A stretch of DNA of 64,000 bases from Octopus sinensis (Eukaryota): the NCBI RefSeq assembly GCF_006345805.1, contig NC_043025.1, positions 3,224,001 to 3,288,000 on the forward strand, written 5' to 3'. Positions within the stretch are counted from its first letter, which is position 1. Each line of letters starts with the position of its first letter. A model generated the notes under the pieces. It saw nothing but the letters and a program-made list of their open reading frames with translations, was not told where the DNA came from and did not search any database. A program made the translations under genes and the position numbers. Of the stretch, positions 10,674 to 22,900 are shown piece by piece.

Positions 10674-11155
10674 ATTGCTAGGCGTAGATTTATCTGTAAA
10701 AGAAGAAAATAGGAAATGTCAGAGATTTCAATGTTATTAACTTCAAATTGCAGATTCTCCGAAGGAACTAAAATTCACCCCTGTTCCACATAACAAATAT
10801 ATTTTTGTTTTCGTGACTGGATATTTAAAGCTAAAAAATTAAATTTCGATAAATTTGTGTGAAGAAATTTATTAAATATTATAGCTTTAACGTGTAATAA
10901 TATCAAAGGAAATACCAAACACACACACACACACACAAACACAAACGCACTCCTACACACATCTGTAACCATACTCGCGGGGTCTAATATATTTACAAAA
11001 CTAACGAACCATGAGTTTCGTGGACCCTAAATACGCAGTGGTTGTAAACCCGGTTGGGTCGTTAAATCCGATGGGACCCCACAAGCAACTGTACTGTAAC
11101 GAAGGATTTTTCCTGTACCCCAGGTTTAGAAGCGTTCTTACAAATTTTTCCTCAC

Positions 11156-11188
11156 CTACACTTTCATGATTTCATTTTACTTTTTTTT
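11156..11188 (-). other. Candidate 33-nt 5'-UTR exon of the LRR gene
   Basis: Strong acceptor ctttattcttgttttcag and donor AG|GTGAGG on the minus strand. It contains only the tiny uORFs ATGAAATCATGA and ATGAAAGTGTAG. Confidence 0.45.
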
Positions 11189-11218
11189 CTGAAAACAAGA
11201 ATAAAGCATGAACGTAAA

Positions 11219-12020
11219 TCTATATATATAAAACTCAACTTGTGTGTCTGTCTGTGTATATGTGTGTGTGTGTCCGTGTGTTTAACTTTCCGGCACATCT
11301 CCTCCTAGCCAACAAATCGTAGAACCACCAAACATGGGTCACTTAAAGTTTAGGCGAATGAAAATTGAACTGCGCTATATCTGTTCCGAAATTCATCTCG
11401 CAAGTGCAAAAATCGATAATGTGTTTGTTTAGGCCTTATCCCATGCATTGCATAGTGAACTTTATTCAGTCAGCTGTTTGACGTGAACTGTGTTCCCCAC
11501 GCGTGCAAGCATACGTAAACTGCATGAAAAAAAAAAAATCAAGTTATAAAAACGAATCGCCGTAAACATTGTAGAAATTCGGCAAAGAAATGAATTTTCG
11601 GGATGTAGCCTGGAGGGTTTTTTCGTATTAATCGTTTGGACTTTGTGAACTCATACCAATTGTTTTCATAACATTTTTAACGCTTTGAATTAAATGTGAC
11701 AATTTTGCGTTGAGTCTGCAGTTTGAATCACTAACCATATTTTAACAGGCCGGATTTTTGATCATCACAATACATCGCCAGCGACTCCCTGAAACTCTCC
11801 CCTGAAACCCCCGTTGAGAAATACTGATCTAAAAGAATAATTCAAAAATGCAATTATTTGATCAACAAAAATTATGAAACGCTTCTACGTACTTCCTATT
11901 GAGGAAATGGAACACATAAGCGCAAAAATAGAGGGCATTAAATGCTTGATTTAAAAAAAGTTTAGCTTAATTCGCGCGTGCATAGAACGCACGAGCGCAC
12001 GAGCCGGGCAATACTGCTAG
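11219..12020 (+). mobile_element. Non-autonomous Helitron-like element
   Basis: Starts TC(TATATATA) after an A and ends CTAG before a T. Subterminal hairpin cgcgcgtgc-atagaac-gcacgagcg about 20 nt before the CTAG. No TSD. These are Helitron hallmarks. Confidence 0.75.
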
Positions 12021-12426
12021 TGAACAAATAAAAATGGACGTACATCAAAAGAAGCCAATTTCTTTGGGGACACTAATAGACACAAGAAAATAAAGAAAGT
12101 GGATAAGGAAACAACAATAACAAAAGAAACATTAACAGCAAAACAAATTAAAAAGCTCAGAAAATTATATATACAATAATATCTATTTATCTAATAATTT
12201 ATATATCTCTCTTCCCTTACACACATACACAACACACACACACAGCGATATACGCATATATATATATATATAAAGAGAGAGAGAGGGGGGAGAGAGGGAG
12301 AGAGAGAGAATAATAAGGTATTCAAAACGTCGGATGATTATATATTTCTTTATATATTTAAATTCTATATACGCTGTAGCGCTTGCTTCCATTATCGATA
12401 ACTATATATCTGTACATCACTTCAAA

Positions 12427-12461
<35 letters not shown>

Positions 12462-12496
12462 TTATATGTATGTATGTATATATGTATGTATGTATG

Positions 12497-12530
<34 letters not shown>

Positions 12531-12983
12531 TGTATGTATGTATGTATGTATGTATGTATTGATAGATCGCTAGCCACTGCACATTCTTTTTTTCTCTCCT
12601 TGTTTCTCTCCCCGTTTCTTTCCGTGTTCCTTTCTGTGGAAGAGCCTAGCCTCGAAACGTTAAAAACTTTTTCACTTCCCGAGCATTATACTAATGCATC
12701 AGTTGGTTTTAAACACCACCTGTCTTCGTCTGTTTGTTTTTTTTTTTCTGAATTCTCCCTGTGTATGTATATATATATATATATAATATATATATTTAAA
12801 TAATATATAGTGTGTGTTATATATATATGTGTGTGAGTGTGTGTGTGTGTGTGTGTGGTGTGTGTGATCTTTCTAATTTTGTTTTTTTTGCTTAACATGA
12901 AAATAGCCTTCCTTAACATTCAAGAACTTACTACAACTGACCAACTCACCATCAACACCGTCACATCATCTCACTTCATGTCA

Positions 12984-13026
<43 letters not shown>

Positions 13027-13055
13027 TTATCATCATTATATATATACTTTTTTAA

Positions 13056-13110
<55 letters not shown>

Positions 13111-13667
13111 GAGTTAGAGAGCAGTGCATGCCATCAAAGTGACACTGGGGTAAAATATACGAAGCCCAGTATACCCATCATGACTACCCGTCTGATAAGG
13201 GTACACTAGGCACATGCATCAAAACCATATATGCGCGACATGGTGATCTCACATCAAGATAAACAGCACATGACCTTGCAGGTGGGGCCCAGTTAGAATT
13301 TTCTTCTGGTCGAGTAACCCATCCCGCTCAAAAGGTCCCTGAATAAGGGTTGTTTAAGGATGTTGAACGAAACACCCATGTTTCCAGAGGTGAATTATTC
13401 AAACCCCAAAGAATCCCTCTCAACACATGGCTATGATGCTCCCCCACTACTTCTGCTCGTGATCAGAGATGCACATATCGTCAGCCACTAAGGGACATGC
13501 TCAACTGGTTACGGTCAAACAACTGACAAGCAAATCTGTGGTATTGAGCAGAATATTTGCTGTAGCCCATCTTTTATACCAAGACAAAAACAATGTACAT
13601 GATAACATTTTCAATGAGTTAAGATCAGGAGTCATGCGGGCCACTGTCTGGTACTGCATCAGGGCAT
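13111..13667. mobile_element. About 560-bp interspersed repeat embedded in (TTA)n; second copy at 47852-48356
   Basis: The two copies are highly similar (gagagcagtgcatgccatcaaagtgacactggggtaaaatatacgaagccc...) and both are flanked by TTA microsatellite. No coding capacity; class unknown. Confidence 0.8.
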
Positions 13668-13684
13668 GATCATTATTATTATTA

Positions 13685-13763
<79 letters not shown>

Positions 13764-14130
13764 GTTTTTTATTATTATTATTATTTCTCTCCGACACGAC
13801 GGACATATGTGAATCAGCTCTGTGAGTTTTGTGCCAATTTTATTGGAAATTTTTCAAAAATTGTTATAATTTTCGATATTTTTGTGGCCAAGCCGACTAA
13901 CTTTTTACGGAGCTAGTTGGCTAGGTAAAGTTTTACCCCTTTGGGGGTAAAATCACTGTTTAAAACTGACTTTTTGCATTTTATCTCATTGCACATTTCC
14001 CAAAATGTCGTTAAAAAAAGCAGCTGTCTCTTCCCTTCTTTTTACACCACCCCCTCCACAAGAAGAAAAAAATTTGTTAGCGGTTCCGAACCGCCCATTT
14101 CGCGCCGTAAAAGGCAAAGAAAAGTTTGCA

Positions 14131-15037
14131 ATGGAACGTGCTGGAAACCAAAACGTTCCAAATGAGAACAAAAAAGAAGACGTCACTTTCGACGTCATTT
14201 TAGATTTCCCTCCTCTGCCTACAACTAATGTTATAGTACCGAAGGGTGAGGAAGGGATATTAATGAATAACAAAGTGACAAATAAAGAAAGGAAAAATGA
14301 AGAAGATTCCAAAGGTTTTGCTTCAGCTGCGAAGGAGATTTCGGACGAAGTAAAAGTTTGAATAGAGGATATTAAAATGGCAAAAGAGTTGTTAGGAAAA
14401 GAGGGAAACTGTGTTTTCCTCAACACACCTCAACAACTCATACATGACACCAACAAAAAAACAATTTTTTACAAAGTTTTCGACAAGAAAACTAAAAGAC
14501 TGGTTAACGCCACACCCCAACAATTAGAAATGGCTCTAAAGCCCATATGGAGCAAAAAGAGCTTTGTGACCAGAGGGAAGCGTTTCGGAACCGTGGAGCT
14601 TCGCTTCCCAACAGAGAAGCAAGCAAGGGCGCATGCCATCTCGCCCTTGCAAAATGAAAATTTGTTCCTTGTGCCAACGTACGTCGGGCGTAGGGTCCAG
14701 AAAATAAGAATCAACACAATACCCCCCGAACTAAACATATCATGGCTAGTGGCGGCTATCCTCTATGGCATAGAGGACACTGCCACTATTCTAAATGTTC
14801 GGAGGGTAAGAGAAAAGAACTGGTCAGGTATGGGTATTGAACTGCTGGTACAGATCGAGCAGGAAAACATTAATGCCATACCTGACTCGGTCATTTTACT
14901 GGATGGAACCAGGCTAAACGTTACTGCAGAGGGGCGAAAGCCAAAATGTCTCCTCTGCAGTAGCGAAAGCCACCTGAAGAGGGACTGCCCCATTCAAAAT
15001 AAAAGAATGGAGGCAAACAGCAAGAGGCAGCAACAGC

Positions 15038-15071
<34 letters not shown>

Positions 15072-15862
15072 GAAACAACAACAACAGCACGAAACACCAA
15101 AGGCTGCCACACCACCAACATCATCACCAGCACCAAGACGAACGACACCATCTCCAACAACAACAACCACCAAACCAACACCAACACCAGTACCTAGAAG
15201 GTCGACAGCAGCATGAAGAGAAGGGGAGAGTTCACCGACGCGGGCACCATCAACAGCAACAGGAGCAGCGGCACCACCGATACCGGCGGAACAAACAACC
15301 TTTCGTCCTGCTGCTGAAGCAGACCCCTCAACCATTCCTTTGCCGGATGAAGAGTGCTCGGATTGTGCGAGCACTGATTCCCACAAAGGAGAGTGGCACA
15401 CGGTGCCTCCAAAAAAGAAAAGGAGGAGAAAACAAAAAGACACACAGGGGAAGCACGAACAAATACTGCTTCCAAACATCAACAACAACAACAACGACAA
15501 CACACACTCACAACAACAAACAACAACAACACTTTCGACACCACTACTACCACTGCCACACACAAACACACACAGACGCAATTACATCAATAAATACAAG
15601 GAACCAGGAACTGGTTGAATACTTGAAAGACAGAACTAGTACAAGTATAACAGATTTTGTTATACCAACACAAAACACACCACCAGCACACATTCTCACA
15701 ATAAAAATAAACACAAAAACATACAACGAAATAAAACAAATATTCCCTAACGATGTGGGATCGTTAGGGGAAAGTTTCTCTAAGAAACTATATAAAAATA
15801 TAGGGGAAGCACCCGTGCAAAACCACAAGGGAGCCACCCCTACCACCAACAACAGTAAGTAG
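14131..15862 (+). pseudogene. Tx1 ORF1 (gag-like, zinc knuckle CLLCSSESHLKRDC, polyQ), two in-frame stops and one frameshift
   Basis: ORFs 14005..14361, 14377..15216 and 15340..15618 share one frame, separated by TGA at 14359 and 15214. The C-terminus shifts into ORF 15347..15862. Confidence 0.75.
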
Positions 15863-15897
15863 AGCCTTTTTTCTCCTTTTTTCCCTACTTTTGAAAC

Positions 15898-18800
15898 ATG
15901 GCAAATATTAGAATCGGTTGCTTGAATGTGAGAGGCCTCGGGTCACCTTGGAAACAGGGTCACCTGTTAAACGACGTGAGGTTTTATGATGTGGATGTAG
16001 CAGCCATCAGTGAAACCATGTTCTCCGACCCGCAGGAACTCGCAGCCCTTTTCGGCGGATACGAGATATTTCTATCTCCGTGTCGGCCGGGAGCGGGCGG
16101 TGGTGGTACTGCGGGTCGGAGAGCCTGGTTTGTTTCGGAAGGGCCTGGACTTGAAAATAAGGACAGTCTTCTTGGATCCGGAAGGTAAGTTGGTGGTCCT
16201 CGACGTAGACGGTAGTGACGGCGGTGCTTTCAGACTACTGGCTGCCTACGCTCCGACTCTGGTGCTAGTTGGGGATTGGAACGCCGTCCTAGACGAACGT
16301 TTCGATCGGGTGGGCAGGGGAGTGTCTGATAGGAGAGGAGGAGGAGGAGGGTGCAAGAGCCTCGCCAACCTACTCGGACGCTTTCAGCTGTCCGACAGGT
16401 TTCAACTAGACAACCCGAATGTGCCAATGTGGACTTGGACCAATCGCATTGGGTCGTCTAGATCGTACTTAGATAGAGTGTTTTGTAGGCCAGCGGATAA
16501 GGACAGCGTAGGGTGTCCACAATTCCACCTAGTCGACTATACGGACCACAAATTAGTGATCTGTACGATCGACTTAGGCTACATAGACAGGGACCCGGCT
16601 ACTGGAAGCTGAACGCGTCGTTAACGGCGTGCAAAGCTTACAGAGACCGGATTAGTTTACTAGTTAAGCGGGCGCTCACGGGGGCAATCATCAACAACTG
16701 GTGGTTTGCCCTCAAGAGAGCAATTAGAGTAGAGTCGATTAGGTATAGTAAGACTCTAGCTATTGAACGTAGGAAGAGAGAGCGGGATTTAGTTAAGAAA
16801 CTAGACGAGGCTCTTGAGACTGGCATCGCGACCGACGTGTTGGCGGCAAGGTTGGCCCTCGACCAACACTTCGACGCCAAACATGAAGGCTGCGTTGTCA
16901 GAGCTAAGGCACGTTCGCTAAGCGGGGAGGGGACTAGAGCCAATCGATGGGCCCGCGTGGCGGAGGCGAAGCGAGGCAACCAAGCAACCATTCGGTCTTT
17001 GGTGGACCAGAACGGGCGCGTGGTTACCGAACCGAAGCAGATGTGTACGGTGCTTCAGCGGCACTTTGCTCAACTGTTTGGGACGAGCGGTGGAACGCAC
17101 AATGATGCAGACTTCGGTGTGTACCTGGACGGCCTACCGCAACTCTTGGACAGCGAGGCAGAGTGCTGCGAGGGACCGATATCTGCCTGAGAAGTGGAGG
17201 AAGCGATGAAGAGTTGCACGAGAGGTAGATCGCCTGGTTTGGATGGTCTGCCCTACGAGCTTTACACTTCAATGCCAGACTTGTTTGCGGGCCTGTTGGC
17301 AAACGTCTACTGCAACTGGCAGCAAAACGGGAGAATCTCTGCTTTTGTCTGTCGAGGGGTGGTGGCCTTGCTGAAGAAGGACCCAAACAAGGGGGACGTT
17401 ATAGGGAATTTTCGGCCCATCACTCTGCTCAATGCAGAGTTGAAGATTTTGGCCAAGGTGCTAGCCAAGAGATTGGCGCTTGTCGTGGACAAGCTGGTCG
17501 GCAAGACGCAGACATGCGCCGTGCCGACCAGGTCGATACACGACAACCTCCATCTCATGCGCTACCTCATAGAGAGGGTGGGTTACGACGCTGGCGCGGG
17601 TGAGGCTTTGATCAACTTAGATCAGAGTAAAGCCTTCGATAGGGTCGACCATCGGTACCTGGCAGCTGTTCTCAAGGCAGCCGGCTTCGGTCCAGTGTTC
17701 CGCGGGTGGATAGCTGCTTTATACAGCAACATCTGCTCGGTGATACGGGTGAACGGTCACCTTTCGGAACCGTTCGACATCTCGCGTTCGGTCTGCCAAG
17801 GATGCCCTCTCTCCTCCCTCTTGTACATATTGACTCTCGAGCCATTACTGCACAAGTTGGAGGCTTTGAGGGGTATCCCGCGCGATCTAGTAGACGGAAA
17901 CAGCGTGTCTGCCTATGATGACGACGTCACCGTGATGGTGTCGACCCACAGGCACATTGGCCTGATTGGCGAGACACTAAACGAGTACGAAGCGGTGACA
18001 GGGGCAAAGATTAACGCGGAAAAGTCTGTGGGCCTGCAACTGGGCACCTGGAGAGGCAAGCCCATGCCGTCCAAGAGCGTCGTAGGGCGCTGGACAGACG
18101 GACCCATTAAACTGCTCGGGGTCTGGTTCGGTCCGGACCTCCAGCTGGATAAAAACTGGGAAGAGGTGACGAGCAGGGTGGCACGTCTCACCCAGAAATG
18201 GGCCGAGAGGAAGCTGTCCCTGAAAGGTCGAGCGGAGGTGGCGAATGCGTACATCGCATCCGTCATCTATTACCGCTTGACCGTCGTCCCTTGTCCCGAC
18301 CGCTGGTTGGCCAAGCTGGTACGCCTGCTCTTCGACTTTTTGTGGAAGGGTCAGGTGCCACTGGTCAGGCGATCCATCTGCTGTCAACGACCGCTGAACG
18401 GAGGCCTTGGAATGCCGTGGTTGCTGATGCGCAGACATGCGCTCAGGCTGCGACATGTCAAGCGTTTCCTAGACGGTGAACAGGTATGGTCGTCTTTTGT
18501 CAGACGCGACTTCCGCAGCTCGTCTCTTTGACAGAGCTGCAGACCTGGATCAAACTTAGACCGAGAAAGGGCGCTTGGCACCTCGAGTGCCATCAAGCTC
18601 TCTCCACCCTCCGCCAGGCGGGCAATGCGATCGGTTACAGCTCCACTCTAGCGTTCTATAGAGGGTTAGTGGAGGAAAAATGCGACGACGTTCTCGGGGA
18701 AACTCTAGGCGTTGAAGATGACGAACTGTGCTGTCTGTTCGGAAGGACTTTCGGGCCGGGGCCGATGGATAATTTCCAGAGATCGCTCGCCTGGCAGTGC

Positions 18801-19280
18801 TACCGAGGGACTCTGTCTGTTCGAGATAAACTCTACCGGCACGGAAGTGCCGTTAGCCGGGCCTGCCCGAGGTGTTGCCAGGACGACGAAACCGTTCTGC
18901 ACGCACTCGTCCAGTGCCCGAGTATTGCTGAACTATGGGTTTATGTCGAACAGCTACTGTCGCGTGTAGGACGGATCCGGCTATCGGCCGAATCCATAGT
19001 GAAGATTGCCCCACCGACCTCCTTTAACGAGGAGGGCGAGGCCGTTTTCTTGTGCCTAGTGGCTGTGGCGAAAGAGGTGGTATGGTGGACCCGTTTGAAA
19101 GGGCTAAAGTCAGACAATTTCCTCTTTGGTCAAGGCCTCATCAACTTTTTAAAGTTTCACTTGAAAAGGAAGATGTGGTTAGAGAGGAGAGTGCTGTCCG
19201 ATAGCAAATTTTCTGAAACGTGGGTGAATTGTGCGAGAATGGCCAGTATAAATGGACCAGTTCTCAGGTTTCGCCTGTGA
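15898..19280 (+). pseudogene. Tx1 ORF2 (AP endonuclease + reverse transcriptase), frameshifted
   Basis: GCLNVRGL, VGDWNA, SYLDRVF and TDHK (APE); SPGLDGLP, FRPITLLN, DQSKAFDRVDH and QGCPLS (RT); the catalytic YADD reads YDDD; CPRC...ETVLHALVQC. Split across ORFs 15898, 16010, 16513, 17194 and 18486. Confidence 0.92.
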
Positions 19281-19559
19281 TTCAAAAAGGTACTATAAAA
19301 GGAGAAAAAAAGGGACTCTCTACCCCCTTTTTTGACCAGGCTCCCGTTGGCTTTTATAGGCTTTTTTCCACCAGGAACCTTTCGTAACGCCTCCCCCTTT
19401 TGGGAATTTTTCGTTGTTAAATATTTTCATTGTTACACTGTTGTTTACACGGATTTTTCACAAACGGACAAAACCCTTTGTAACCTTTCGTCCTGTGTTG
19501 TCCCTTTATGTTTTCCAATCATGTGTGTCAGCCCTTGTGGCCAATAAAAAGAATAAATC

Positions 19560-19617
19560 ATTATTATTATTATTGTTGTTGTTGTTGTTATCATTATCAT
19601 TATTATTGTTGTTGTTG

Positions 19618-19705
<88 letters not shown>

Positions 19706-20030
19706 TCAGTAGTTTTATTTTTATAGCGTGCTTTCACTTCACTACCGAGCGCAGCTCTGTGTGCCTTGGGTATGTGCTGTGATTTGTTGTGATGCTCTGA
19801 TGGTTATTGTATGGAAAGTGTTTTGCGTAGGATGTGTGCAGTGCCTAGTAGTGCAATTTTCTGTATGTTATATGTGTTTGTAACTCCTGTTACTTTTGTC
19901 ATGTATTTGTCTGAATATTTTTTTATCATGCCTAATGCACCTACTATGATAGGAATTGTTTCTGTTTTCAGATTCCACATTCTAGTTACCTCTATTTCTA
20001 GGTCTTTGTATTTTGAAAGTTTCTCCATTT
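19560..20030 (-). mobile_element. 3' end of an R4/Hero-like (restriction-like endonuclease group) LINE with an (AAT)n tail
   Basis: ORF 19804..20028 EKLSKYKDLEIEV..MW..IPIIVGALG..IQKIALLGTAHILRK is the typical C-terminus of this group. It is followed by a short 3' UTR and an (AAT)n tail at 19560-19700. Confidence 0.75.
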
Positions 20031-20139
20031 CTTTGTTGTTATTATTATTATTGTGTCTGGTTTTGGAGACTAGTTGTTCGGAGCTCTAATCTTTCTTTAG
20101 AATTTGTTGTTCCAATGTCTGTTTTCAAAATTTTATTGA

Positions 20140-21010
20140 TGACAGAACCCACCTCGCTGTAAACGGGGCTAGCTGCGGTGGCCAGAATTCGCCCCTTAAA
20201 GGCGAATTTTGAGTTTTAAAAACTACAAATTAATATTTTAAAAAGAAAAAGTTCAGTATGGCTTCCCAAATCGAGGCAAGTAAAGGTTCTTACATCATCC
20301 GTTTTGACATTTTGTCACCTCCGCTTGTTAATATTTTTGAGAAACAAAGCAAAGACAGCAGCAGCAGCAGCAATAGTGGCAACAACAACAACAACAGCAT
20401 CACAACCATCAGCACGAACAAAAACATAACAGAAAAATGAAGAGGAGGCAAAGAATCAATCCACTTTGACCCTAAAAAAGAAGACATACCACCAGAAATA
20501 GACAGCTGATTCTTGATGGTAGCTGTCCTCTTGGACATATAGGTCAAAACGAGCATCTTACAGATGCGGAAACTTTACTAACAAAACTATTCGGGGCAAG
20601 GGCTAAAATTGTGGGTGAAAATGGACAGCCAAAGTCTGGACACAATTCCAGATATCATAAATCTACACGGTGGCACCAACCTCCACGTGGCCTTTGAAGC
20701 TTGATGGCTGCGGCATCATCTGTGTGGGGACACAAATCACCTAAAGTTCTTCTGTTGCTCACAACAAATTAGAGAAAGGAGCCTCTCACTTTTGCCAACA
20801 TCACCACCACCACGACCACAGCAACAATAGCAACAGCACCAACAGAGGCAGGTGACCATCGTGGCAAGAAAATCAAGAGTAACAGTAGCAGCAACACTAA
20901 TCGCAGCAAAACGGGCAGCAGCAAAACCAACAGCATCAATCCTGGTCCCCACCACTAAAAGAAAGCAACAACTTTATGAATAGGACAACGCCAAAAAGCT
21001 CTACAAGATT
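20140..21010 (+). mobile_element. Old Tx1 remnant (5' UTR and ORF1 of a related subfamily)
   Basis: Translates YSGQGLKLWVKMDSQSLDTIPDIINLHGGTNLHVAFEA*..LCGDTNHLK, homologous to ORF1 at about 14820-14985 (WSGMGIELLVQIEQENINAIPDSVILLDGTRLNVTAEG..LCSSESHLK). Confidence 0.7.
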
Positions 21011-21039
21011 TGACCCTCCCCTGTTCGGAGCACTCAGAC

Positions 21040-21408
21040 ATACCTGACATACCGCCGTAGTGATCTCATTCTCGCCCACAACATCATAAGAGGAAAGTGT
21101 AACCTCTCGAAAGAGCTGTTCTTCACTCCTGCTCCAGAGCGTCGGCTGCGGGGTCATTCCAAAAAGCTCTACCTGCGACGATTTCATCTCAATCGAAAGA
21201 GAGGAGTTGCGGATTGCGGGTTGCGGATCCGTGGAACAAGCTGCCAGACGAGATGGTGAAGATGCCGACGACCGCTTTGTTCAAAGCCTCCCTGGACCTC
21301 AAGTGACCTGAACTCTTTACATGAACACCACCCTGTACTTAACTCCATGTCCCCCTACATGGCCTTGCTATTTGCTTTTGAGCCAAATTAACTAACTAAC
21401 TAACTAAC
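21040..21408 (+). mobile_element. CR1 3' fragment, same family as 2512-3543, with a (TAAC)n tail
   Basis: Near-identical reverse complement of 2512-2800. Reads YRRSDLILAHNIIRG..RGHSKKL. Ends taactaactaactaac. Confidence 0.88.
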
Positions 21409-21529
21409 ATACCTTGCGTGGAGGGGGACGACGAAAGACCAAAACGGCAAGAAGTCGCCTGAACACGCAAAAGAAAATGAAACAGAACCAAAAACACACA
21501 GACAATACAGACATAGACTTGCCCAAATG

Positions 21530-22661
21530 CATCAATAAAATAACATTGATATTTTTTCACCGTTGTTGCAATCATCTGAAATGGAACTGTCAAAGCACGA
21601 TATTCGAGCAATTTTGCTATTCAACATCAAAAAAGGATGTAAAGCAGCTGAAACTGCTCACAATATCAACAAAACGTTTGGTGAGGAAATGACCAGTGAG
21701 TGGTCAGTTTGAAAATGGTTTAAACGATTTCGCAGTGGAAACGTGAAGATCGTGAGCGTAGTAGACGCTCATCTGTCATCGATGGCGGTCAATTGAAGAC
21801 CGTCATTGAGAAAGACCCACGTAAAACCACTTGAGAACTTCAAGTCAGCCAGAAAACTGTCTGCAATCATTTGTATGCGATCGGAAAATCAGGAAAGCTC
21901 AACAAATGAGTACCACACGATTTGAATGAAAATCAAAAAATGTGAACTTATGAAATGTGCTCGTCGCTTCTTCGCCGAAACCAGACCGATCCATTTCTTG
22001 ACCGTATTTGCGATGAAAAGTAGATTCTGTATAATAATAAAAAATGTTCTTCGCAGTGGATGGACCAAAATGAAGCACCGAAAAGCTTCCCTAAACCCGA
22101 TCTCTTCAAAAAAGAGATTATGGTGATTGTTTAGTGATGTGCTGTTGGACTCATCCACTATAACTTATTAACACCCAGAAAATCCATTACTGCAGTAACA
22201 TATTACCAAGAAATTGCCAATATGAACGAAAACCTGCTACTCCTCTGTCCTAGACTGGTCAATAGATGAGGGCCAATCATTCTTCATGACTATACTCGAC
22301 CACACGTTTCACTAATGACGCTCTAGAAGTTTAGGGAATTTGGCTACGAAGTTATTCCCTACTCAGCCTATTCCCCAGACCTTTCCCCCAACGACTACCA
22401 CTCTTTCAAGTATCTTTATGGTTTCCTTCGAGAGAAGGAGTTCAAAAATCAAACCGATGCTGAAAGCGCGTTCAAAGAGTCCATCAGCTCCAGAACTCCA
22501 GATTTTTATGTTAACGGAATAAACAAACTTTGTAACTCATTGGCAAAAATGTGTTTTTAGTAATGGTACAGACTTTGATGAATAAAATTTCCGCATTGCT
22601 GAAATACATTGTGATGAATTTCATGTTTCAAAACGTTGCTTACTTTTTACTCAGCCTGATA
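21530..22661 (+). mobile_element. Decayed mariner (DD34D) transposon; right TIR and TA retained, left TIR not found
   Basis: MELSKHDIRAILLF..KAAETAHNINKTFGEE..KWFKRFRSG from 21581, then VPHDL, CDEK*ILY, LHDYTRPH and YSPDLSPTDYH. Right end gcttactttttactcagcctga-TA. Confidence 0.88.
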
Positions 22662-22664
22662 TTT

Positions 22665-22890
22665 ATTTCCATGTCAAACGGGAATGGGAGGCGGGGGTGG
22701 AATGGCAGTGTTGTCCCAGAGACGCCTGGATCTCAACACAAAGATTATCTTCCTGGACCCAGAAGGTAAGTTGGTGGTCCTGGACGTCGTGAACAGTAGT
22801 AACGGAGGTGCCCTCAGTCTGGTGGTTGTTTATGCCTCGACACGTTCAGGATAGCTGAACATCTTCAGACGTCTGAAGGTTTTCCTTAGA
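22665..22890 (+). mobile_element. Tx1 ORF2 endonuclease fragment (continuation of the old Tx1)
   Basis: GGGGMAVLSQRRLDLNTKIIFLDPEGKLVVLDV..GGALSLVVVYA matches about 16100-16250 (GLDLKIRTVFLDPEGKLVVLDVDGSDGGAFRLLAAYA). Confidence 0.75.
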
Positions 22891-22900
22891 GTGTCTAGAG

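Larger units (their letters stand above)
529..10693 (-). other. Spliced gene (5' part) for a signal-peptide + LRRNT + typical 24-aa LRR protein; continues beyond the left edge
   Basis: Ten exons found by hand on the minus strand, all with AG acceptors and GTAAGT/GTGAGT donors in phase 2. Joined, they read MFHHIVSYRRALVLILCTILFLEAQADSDICKICTCNSLTTNINCENRNLASIPQPIPTNAEY L NLKNNHISTINEGVFKGLSNLKK I SLTNNKISRVEKGMFQGLRRLQT L ILWNNNISTIEEGAFTGLSNLKK L DLDGNKISTLKQGIFNGLSNLTT L DLRNNYISTIEEGTFTGISNLKT L YLQNNKISNIEKVSFKTFTALET L YLGANNISTIKQGIFSRFKNLKI L (71-nt exon) YLKNNKISNIEKVMFQDLHSLET L. This matches the LxxLxLxxNxIxxIxxxxFxxLxx consensus. Confidence 0.9.
13786..19558 (+). mobile_element. Near-full-length Tx1-clade (L1 group) non-LTR retrotransposon, disabled
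   Basis: 5' UTR, ORF1 with a CCHC knuckle, ORF2 with APE-RT-C-terminal Cys/His motif, T-rich 3' UTR and aataaa at about 19543. Flanked by (TAT)n on both sides. Confidence 0.9.

Noticed and set aside
12610-12680. Hammerhead-ribozyme-like string ctgtggaagagcctagcctcgaaacg
   Set aside because: The core is not CUGANGA, and I could not form stem I or a proper NUH cleavage site. At best a decayed repeat.
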